A DNA stretch of 64,000 bases from Octopus vulgaris (Eukaryota): positions 14,322,001-14,386,000 of the forward strand of contig OX597823.1 in assembly GCA_951406725.2 (NCBI GenBank), in the 5' to 3' direction. Shown here in pieces: positions 53,300-64,000 of this stretch. The translations under genes and the position numbers were made by a program. Each line of letters starts with the position of its first letter. Position 1 is the stretch's first letter. Under the pieces are notes generated by a model. That model was not told the DNA's origin, searched no databases, and saw only the letters and a program-made list of their open reading frames with translations.

Positions 53300-54150
53300 T
53301 TTCTTCTCTTCATATCTATTCCTATTCAGTGCCGTGGATTTTCCAAGTAATTAGGTTTTTTGCACTGCTCTCACTCCCAGATTAATGTTTAATTTTCCAA
53401 GATTTGTTCTCAAAATTATTCTCAAATGTGACGTTTGGCAAGGTCATGACCTTGTTAACTTCTTTTTTCCAGCATTAGCGGATTTGGGTCTTTCTGTTGG
53501 TATTATACACCATATTTTCTTCCCTTATTCTTGATTCCGGTATCAAATGGCTATGCCACATCAGTAACAAAACAGTTTCTTTTCTCTATCAACGACTACA
53601 ATATCCGCTTTGTTGTGCTCTGTTCTCCTTTCGGTGTGTATAGAAAGTCCTTTAACAAATCTCACTTCAAGGACTTTTAATTCTCTTTCCACAAAGTAAT
53701 CATAGCTCTTTTCTGTGAATGCAAAACTCAATATTTTGCAATTATTCCAGTAAATTATTGCTATCTTATCATGCCTAGACGTTTGTATTCATTGTGAGCT
53801 AACTGTGAACATTCCAATACAGTGTGTGATCTAGGCTCATCTGAATCATCGTACAGTCTCTATTCGAATGAACAGTTCTTCTTGAGCTATCATTCTCTAG
53901 GACCGTGTGCTATCACTCTCTAAGCCCATTCGTGTGCTGCTAAATTCACCACTACCTGGTATTTTCTTCTTTCAGTTCTCCCTCTAACAATATCCAGCTG
54001 CCCATGTCATCTTTTATCCCTTTCGTCATGTTGAAAAACATTAGCTGAAAATGTTTGATTTCTTTTGTTTGGAAATTTTCTTATTTCCTCTTTTGGGTTC
54101 TACAAATTTTGTAACTAATGCTTCACTTATTATTTCTTTTATTCCTTCTC
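53300..54150 (-). pseudogene. Decayed R4/Dong-like RLE region
   Basis: Broken RHDKIAII, HNKADIVVV and DVA.PFDT motifs. Confidence 0.55.
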
Positions 54151-54701
54151 TACCAGATAGAAACTAGATTATGATTCAGGGAACTCTTTCAACCAATTAC
54201 CACAAAATATTTATTTACGCTGACGTTACCCACCTTCATTTGAAAGGAAGAAAATCATAGATTCTTTGAATTCAAAGGGTTTATTGAACCTATGTCATTG
54301 AATCTATTTATATAAATCTATTTACATTGGATAGATGCAGTGTTGCCAGAAGAAAAAAATTCTGTCGTAACAAGGAACAGGGTTTTTAAAATATAATTTT
54401 ACTTATGTCTAACGACTCCTCATTACCCACCAAGAATTTCATATTACTCCACTTCAGGTAATTTAACCCGGTTCGCCGACTCCTGGGTTAGATAGAAACT
54501 TAGTCTTGTATTCTCTAGTCCTACTACCTCCTCGTTATTTACATTTGACGGATATTTATCCTCATCGTTTCGCCTTCATCAGGTGTCTACGGGAAATTTC
54601 GAACCACGGGCATATGGCGTAGTGGTTAAGAGCGCAGGCTACTAACCCAAATATTCCGACTTCGATTCCAGGCAATGACCTGAATAATGATAATAATAAT
54701 G

Positions 54702-54765
<64 letters not shown>

Positions 54766-54766
<1 letters not shown>

Positions 54767-55258
54767 TATCATGTACATTCTTTTGTCTGGTATAAAAGAT
54801 GGGTTACAGCAAATATTCTGCTCAATACCACAGATTTGCTTGTCAGTTGTTTGACCTTAACCGGTTGAGCATGTCCCTTAATGGCTAATTATATGTGCAT
54901 CTCTGATCACGAGCAGAAGTTGTGGGGGAGCATCATAGCTGTGTGTTGAGAGGGATTCTTTGGTGTTTGAATAATTCACCTCTGGAAACTTGGGTGTTTC
55001 GTTCAACATCCTTAAACAACCCTTATTCAAGGACCTTTTGAGCGGGATGGGCTACTCGACCAGAAGAAAATTCTAACTGGGCCCCACCTTCAAGGTCATG
55101 TACTGTTTATCTTGATATGAGATCACCATGTCGCGCACATATGGTTGTGATGCATGTGCCTAGTTTACTCTTATCAGACGGGTAGTCAAGATGGGTATAC
55201 TAGGCTTCGTATATTTTACCCCAGTGTTACTGTGATGGCATGCACTGCTCTCTCACTC
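54766..55258 (+). mobile_element. Family E copy inserted in (AAT)n
   Basis: Reverse complement of 48691-49190. Confidence 0.85.
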
Positions 55259-55259
55259 A

Positions 55260-55323
<64 letters not shown>

Positions 55324-55397
55324 TAACAATAACAACAACAACAACAACATCGAAAAATACCTTACGAATGAGAACCCAGGTTCGAAATTTCCCCAAG

Positions 55398-55441
55398 ACA
55401 CCTGTTGAAGGCTGGAGGGTATATCATCCGAAACGTTGTGT
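55398..55441 (+). ncRNA. Minimal type I hammerhead (mutated copy)
   Basis: ACAC-CTGTTGA-A-GGCTG...CATCC-GAAAC-GTT-GTGT. The inverted sister copy retains CTGATGA. Confidence 0.65.
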
Positions 55442-55852
55442 TAACAACAAACAAGACGAGGACAACTATCCGTCAATTGTAAATAATCTACATAATTCCT
55501 CATCTCTTAAGTATGGAACTGTACTACTACCTCTTCGTCACTCATTAATCCTCTTTCACCTTCAGCTCTTTCCCAGTGAAACCGCTCCACGTATGATTGG
55601 GATATCTTTCTTTGCATTATGCTCTGTTTTCTTCTTTTCTTGTCGATCTCCTTCAAGTCACTCCTACCCCTACCAACAATTCCAGTTTTCATATCTTATT
55701 AGTTATACTCCCCTCAGGTTGATTGCATATTTGATATTTCCAAAAATCCAATTTGAATTTTAAAATCTCTCTACTGCAATATTCTCTACAGAGAATCCTC
55801 TTTTATTCCTTTACCTTCGATTCTGTTACTTTCCAGTATTCTCATATATATA

Positions 55853-55995
<143 letters not shown>

Positions 55996-56047
55996 GCATG
56001 CATGCATACATACATACTTATATATATATATATATATATATACATAT

Positions 56048-56080
<33 letters not shown>

Positions 56081-56398
56081 GCGATTTTTATTTTATCGTC
56101 GGTAGATAGAAGTATTCCAGAACATTTTTATGAATTTTTCCCGTTCCAGCTTCATCTTCGCACATTTCTTTTCTCGTTTCCAAATGTCATTCCAATGTCA
56201 CTAGTAAATATTCTTATAGTTTGCATTAAGAAATACAGTCGATTTATTTCTTTGCTACGAAGCTTTAAATCATCTATAAATAGAAGGCAGCTCACTTTTC
56301 CGCCATTTTTTCCCCGTGAACATCCTTTCTAAGCTTTGTTCACTATAATCAACAAACGGGTTTGTGTTATTACACACAAGATAAGAGAGAGAGAGAGA

Positions 56399-56452
<54 letters not shown>

Positions 56453-56780
56453 CAGCTTCTTGAAAGATATCTCTTCTGATCTGTATATCTGCTAAACTTA
56501 CTCCTCCAAGTGTTAACTCTGCTCTCAACCTTTCGCGTTGCAGTTTGGCAGTCTTCTAACCTTTTTCGAGATCTTGAACACTTCCAGGCACCGCTTAATT
56601 CCCGAATGTGCGAGCAGGTCACACACATTTCTATAATCGAATCATCAACGCGATTCATAAATTCGTCACTCTCTTTCTGCAATACTTCGAGACCATTTCG
56701 TTAATTATTAATTGGTCTTTCATTCCTTCACTTATCTTATTTTAGCTAGGTTCCTCCTCCCCATCATCATCATCATCATT

Positions 56781-56850
<70 letters not shown>

Positions 56851-56963
56851 ACATCCTTATCATCCTCATCATCATCATCATCGTCGTCATCCTCCCCTTC
56901 TGCCTGCTCCTCTTCTTCTTATTCCTCCTCCTCCTCCTCCTCCTCCTCCTCCACATCCTTATC

Positions 56964-56997
<34 letters not shown>

Positions 56998-57289
56998 CCT
57001 CATCGTCATCGTCATCCTTCTTATCTTCATCTTCATCCTCGTCCTCATTCACATCATCATCTTCCTCATCATCACCCTCATCGTCATCCTCCTCTGCTTC
57101 CTCTTCCTCCTTCTCCCCTGATCCTCCTCCTCCTCCTTCTCATTATTATTATTATTATTCTTATTATTATTATTATTATTTAGTTTTACTCTGCATGTTT
57201 GCCAGGACACAACCAGCGTCCTAGGGCGAGTAAAGGATAAGAGATGTTATAATATGACTGAAAGTTTGGGGAGGGGAAGTGGAAGGGTC

Positions 57290-57830
57290 AGTAGCCAAAT
57301 ATCTTCATATAATACAAAACAGGCATTTAAATTGATATGGCTTTTCTAAGGATGTGTGCAGTACTTATTTCTGATATCCCATTCTTATACCAAGGGCACC
57401 CACTATAACAGGAATAGTCCTCGCTTTGAGATGCCACATCTTTTGTATTTCAATTTCCAGGTCCTTATATTTACTTAATTTTTTAAAGTCCCTTACAGAT
57501 ATATCTAGTCTACACGATTTTCTATTAGTCTACAAGTATTTTCTTCGTCTTTAGTCCTTAATGACTATGTCTGGTCGATTATCCTGAATCGTTCTGTCGG
57601 TGTTGACTGGAAAATCTCAGAAGATAATAACATTTTTAACTTCAAGGATAAGGATGGCTCAGGATGATGTTCATATCAGTAAGCAGGAGTGCTGATTTTG
57701 TAGTGTTTACATATTTTCCAATGTAAATACTGTCCTACCCTATTGTGGCAATTATTGTATTCGTTAGGTGTCAGCACAGGACAAACCCAAGAAGAGATAG
57801 TCTATTGTTTCATCAAATTTATCGCAGAAT
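57290..57830 (-). pseudogene. R4/Dong-like CCHC plus RLE remnant
   Basis: NRPDIVIKD, KLSKYKDLEIEIQKMWHLK, IPVIVGALG. Confidence 0.8.
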
Positions 57831-57834
57831 ATAC

Positions 57835-58000
57835 TGATGCTGGTGTATTTACGCCTCCGTAACTTAGCGGTTCGGCAAAAGAAAACTACAGAAATATAAA
57901 TACTAGGCTTACAAAGAATAAGTCGTGGGCTCGATTTGTTCGATTAAAGGCGGTGCTCCAGCATGGCTGCAGTCAAATGACTGAAACAAATAAAAGAATA
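57835..58000 (+). mobile_element. SINE family B, 3' half
   Basis: GATGCTGGTG...GGCGGTGCTCCAGCATGG...GACTGAAACAA. Confidence 0.8.
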
Positions 58001-58406
58001 AATGAATAACAGAAAGAATATATACATACATATATTCATGTATATATTATGCATATATGAATAAAAATCTATATATGGTATATGGTTTTATGTTCTAAAA
58101 AGACCCCACCTCCGCCCCAAAAATTGTGACTTATAAGGAGATACAAAAGAAATAAGTTGAGATGAAGCTTTGCACTTTTATTTTCCGATATTTCAGAGTT
58201 AAGACCCCGTCCTCAGGTTAAGTAAATCGAAGAACTGGGGTCACGACCTAGCTTTCTCATCTGCAGTGTGTACGTAAACACACATAGATACACCAGAGAG
58301 CAGAAAAACTAACGCACACGCACACACAAACACACTTATTTAACAAATCAGTAATTTCCCCGAGGATGGGGAAATATCGAAATACAAGACTTATCATATT
58401 TCTCTT

Positions 58407-58468
<62 letters not shown>

Positions 58469-58506
58469 CAAACACACATATATATGTATATATATATGTA
58501 TGTATG

Positions 58507-58602
<96 letters not shown>

Positions 58603-58663
58603 CATATATACATACATATATACATACACACACACATATATATATGTATATATGTGTATGTAC

Positions 58664-58700
<37 letters not shown>

Positions 58701-59148
58701 ATGTGTGTGTATACATATATAAATGTGTGTCTGTATACATATATTTTTCTATTTCCGTATGTTATATATTTTAATAATTACTGGTATCTTTATATATTAT
58801 ATATGTAAAGCATATGTATATTGTTGTAATTGTCATTTTAGTAAATAAATAAATAAATTGACATAATATAATGTCTAAAAGTTGATGAATACCACCTATT
58901 GATCCCCTCCATTTTCTTATTGCTCTCTGTCTATAGATCGACCCCACTACGCAATTAAGTACCAGTTGCGTACTAGGGTCGATCTAATCAACTTGCCCCC
59001 TCCTTCAAAATTTCAAGCCTTGGTTCCTCGTTCATTTTTACACCGAGCAACCTAGAGCAAGTCTCTTCTGCTATAGCCTCAGGCCGACCAAAGCCTTGTG
59101 ACTGGATTTCGTAGAGGGGAAACTGAAAGAAGCCTGATGTGCATACAC

Positions 59149-59190
<42 letters not shown>

Positions 59191-59300
59191 TGAGGGATGC
59201 ACGTAAACAATTTAATTACTTCAAATATATTTGGGATGTATTTGACCAGTCAAAAATGGTCGATTTCTCTACGATTTGCAATGGAGAAAAAGATGAATAT

Positions 59301-59379
<79 letters not shown>

Positions 59380-59771
59380 TGTGTGCATGTAAATATTTAC
59401 ACTTTGGCTTCACTGTATGTATGCTGTAGGCACACCATTCTTCTTTTAGTGGTTTTGGGGTTACTCTGTTTGTGAAACATACCTGCCTGCTTTGTATGAT
59501 ATTATTCAGGAATTCTCCATTCATTTGTATCATTGTCAATGTCGCTTTGATGAAGTTTTAATTAATTTTCTTTCACTATCGGGGTATTTACTGCAAAGCT
59601 CTTTATGTTGGTTTTTATTTTTAATCCTCTTTTTGCAACGATATCACACGTATAAATGAATACCTGCGCGCGCGCACATACACACACATGTACAGAGAGA
59701 GAGAAAGACAGCAAGAGACAAAGAGACCATAGGTAATGAATGTATTCACAACACACTGACACAAACATATT

Positions 59772-60159
59772 ACTCTTTTACTCTTTTACTTGTTTCAGTC
59801 ATCTGACTGCGGCCATGCTGGAGCACCGCCTTTAGTCGAGCAACTCGACCCCGGGACTTATTCTTTGTAAGCCCAGTACTTATTCTATCGGTCTCTTTTG
59901 CCGAACCGCTAGGTGACGGGGACGTAAACACACCAGCATCGGTTGTCAAGCAATGCTAGGGGGACAAACACAGACACACAAACACACACACATATATATA
60001 TACATATATACGACAGGCTTCTTTTCAGTTTCCGTCTACCAAATCCACTCACAAGGCATTGGTCGGCCCGGGGCTATAGCAGAAGACACTTGCCCAAGAT
60101 GCCACGCAGTGGGACTGAACCCGGAACCATGTGGTTGGTTAGCAAGCTACTTACCACAC
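59772..60159 (-). mobile_element. SINE family B copy
   Basis: Near full length, abutting a long (TA)n. Confidence 0.9.
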
Positions 60160-60378
<219 letters not shown>

Positions 60379-60583
60379 CGTATACATATATATTTATATA
60401 TACAGGAAGCGTTGATGCTTCCTAGGGCTAAATAGCGGTGTGATTCCCTTTATGGGACTGTCAGTTAAGGTGACAGTATACAACTGCTCTATCGTTCCAC
60501 CACTGCTTATATTTGTCTGAGATATTTAGAAATTTAATATTTTATATATATATTTACAAGAAAAAAGCAACAAGAATGGATTA

Positions 60584-60678
60584 GTTTTTCAGTACAATTG
60601 TTTCATACGAAGAACAGCTTTATTAAAAGCTGCAAATATTGCAGCAAATACAAGTGTCCCGTACTTATCAGCCAAAAC
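60584..60678 (-). ncRNA. Hammerhead-like motif with extended stem II
   Basis: The minus strand reads GTTTTGG-CTGATAA-GTACG[~50 nt with inner hairpins]CGTAT-GAAAC-AATT-GTA-CTGAAA. G8 is A in this copy. It points toward a (TA)n. Confidence 0.55.
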
Positions 60679-61350
60679 ACATATGAGTTCTCCAAACATC
60701 CTAAGGGGTGAGGCTACACTCATGAAGTATCGAAGAGAGTTCTATAAAAAGCAAATTTAGATTGTAAGCAGACTTCAAAGTTCTCTAATGATGCACAGTT
60801 TTATAACAGGTTTTAAAAAAGCTTGTTAGCTTCACAGAAAAGGTAAATCCATCCATAATAATGTAGGTGTAATTTCCGGAGATATGAGGAGATATTTCAT
60901 ACTCAGAGACGATGAATTTATCCATAATTTATCCATAATAAAAGTGGGTATAATTTCCTGATATATGAGAAGATACTGATCACACTTCTGTTCATTTCAC
61001 AAAACTACTATGTTAGAATTATAATGGTTAAAAAAATTTAGTGGAGCAGAAAAAACCATCCCACAGGGCATTATGGGATAACTGGGCGGAAAGGGTCGTA
61101 AGTACACACCTACACAGAATAGTCTATTTCTGTGGAGACAGAAAGTCTGGCTTAGATTTGCAGGAATCTGAGATTTATAAAAGAGAACATTACTTTTGAC
61201 TAGTATACAGCTGTTAATTGCCAATTCTACAGAGCTAAAGCAGATATAAGAATATAAAGAGAACAAGGGAAAGTAATAAAGGGGTCAATGGCTATCAATA
61301 GAGGAAAATATTGTTTAAATATTTCTGTTTATTTATAAAATATTTCAATT

Positions 61351-61445
61351 AACCTGAAGATTGACTGTAACCATAACTCGAATTATTAATTGAATTTAAA
61401 TTATTGTTATTCGAATTGGTACAGCTATGAAACGATCGTAGTGTT
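61351..61445 (+). ncRNA. Hammerhead ribozyme with extended stem II
   Basis: AAC-CTGAAGA-TTGACTGTA...TACAGCTAT-GAAAC-GATC-GTA-GTGTT: intact core, palindromic ACGATCGT stem III, weak stem I, (TA)n downstream. Confidence 0.65.
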
Positions 61446-61824
61446 TTACTCTTTATCTTTTATTAAAATTTTAAATACTTTTGATATTTATATATAAAAA
61501 AAAATAAATAAATAAATAAATTAATTAATTAAATAATATATAGATATAAAAATATACATACATACATATATATATATATTTGTATATATATATATATATA
61601 AAATTTATAAGTTTAATTATTTAAATAATTTTTTATTTTTACTTTTATTTTTAAAATTAATTTTATGTATTGGCTTATGTTTTTCGCTGTTTGATTTGCC
61701 TAATAGTGGTTTTATCTCTAATTTAATATAATATAATATAATATATTTATACTATAAAATTGGATTTAATCCTAAATCTAATTTTTCCCTGTAAGTTTGG
61801 ATTTATTCCCTAATATCATTATTA

Positions 61825-61880
<56 letters not shown>

Positions 61881-62342
61881 ATATATATACATATACATAT
61901 GTATATATATACATATACATATGTATATATAATACATATACATATGTGTATATGTATATATATATATACATATGTATAAACACACAGAGACATACATACA
62001 CACACATATGTGTGTCTGTGTGTGAGTGTATGCATATAATTATATATGTGTGCGTAAACATGTATTTATAAAATGTATATCCGTTATCTATGATATGACA
62101 TTTACGTATGAATACATCATCATTTTATGTGGTTAAAATGTAACAAGACTTCTTTTCTTCTTTCCAACGTTCTTCCCACCCAACACCGCCCCTTCCACTC
62201 TCTCCCTCCTGCCTCTATTTCTCTGATATTTAACATTTTACCATTCTGAAGTAAACAAGGAATGAAAGGAAATGAGTTTATCGCACGAATTAAAGAAATT
62301 ACAAACACGAATGTAGGAAAGAAATCAGAGCTGGAGAAAAAA

Positions 62343-63420
<1,078 letters not shown>

Positions 63421-63850
63421 ATGCTTCTTATTGGCCACACAGGGCTGAACAGGGAGGGTACAAAATATGAAGTAGAGCTTTTCTTTTTGGGAAGGAAAAG
63501 GGTTGAATTTCGATCAAAAGGGATCGTAAAAGGAAAGAAAGAGGAAAGCAAAAGCAAAAACAAAAAAAAGATAGATTGATAGGAAACAATAACGCGAACG
63601 AATTTCGGTTAATGGAAGCGGTTCTGATGTCAGAGGAAGAGTAAGAAGGCGAACTGCGCGTCCGCTTTGAGTCAAAGCTTAAAATTACAAGCTAAGCAAG
63701 ATTCGTAGGCACAGACACACACACACATGTATATAAATGTATTCAAATGCGCAGATATATGCAGTGATAACGACACTTATACATCAATATATATTCACCA
63801 ATATCTGTCTATATAGAAGTGTGCATGTGTGCGCATATATATATATATAT

Positions 63851-64000
63851 AGGGAGAGTTCACGAAAAAACAAAAGACGAAAATAGGTGGTGTATAAAAC
63901 AAACAGATGTATTAGTATAACGCTCAGGAATAGAAAAAGTCTTTTACGTTTAGAGCCTACGCTCTTCTACAGAAAGGGACACAGGAAAAAAAAAAACAAG
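63851..64000 (-). mobile_element. Short PLE-type end, same family as 36005-36161, with a degenerate hammerhead at 63941-63976
   Basis: The minus strand reads CTTT-CTGTAGA-AGAGCGTAGGCTC-TAAACGTA-AAAG and ends in (TA)n. Confidence 0.75.

Larger units (their letters stand above)
54608..55503 (+). mobile_element. Putative composite tRNA-headed SINE: head, (AAT)n, hammerhead-bearing tail; interrupted by family E
   Basis: A-box TGGCGTAGTGGTTAAG and B-box-like TTCGATTCC at 54608-54682. Tail at 55348-55503. Inverted partial tail copy immediately 5' (54535-54605). Confidence 0.6.

Noticed and set aside
56502-56690. Minus-strand ORF with a GTAAGT donor (QKESDEFMNRV...)
   Set aside because: The donor is good, but there is no pyrimidine-rich acceptor and no recognisable protein, so support is insufficient.

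Overview
Repeat-dominated eukaryotic DNA. It is inferred to be coleoid cephalopod (octopus-like) from the tRNA-derived SINE families and the extreme microsatellite density. Almost all ORFs in the supplied track are microsatellite artefacts. The one large real coding unit is a young Penelope-like retroelement (Neptune-type RT plus C-terminal GIY-YIG; ~25135-31845, minus strand) inserted in (TA)n. It has direct and inverted pseudo-LTRs, each carrying a variant (U3-A8) hammerhead ribozyme. It also has an upstream coiled-coil/NQ-rich ORF1 joined to the RT ORF through an in-frame U_UUU_UUA -1 slippery site, a gag-pol-like layout. At least five other short families carry hammerhead-like motifs beside microsatellites, including a tRNA-headed SINE with a hammerhead tail and an inverted partial tail copy. 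The rest is SINEs, decayed R4/Dong-like, RTE and CR1 LINE fragments, mariner and other MITEs, a non-autonomous Helitron, and a few weak candidate host exons on the minus strand. All calls were made by eye with no database searches, so repeat boundaries are approximate.
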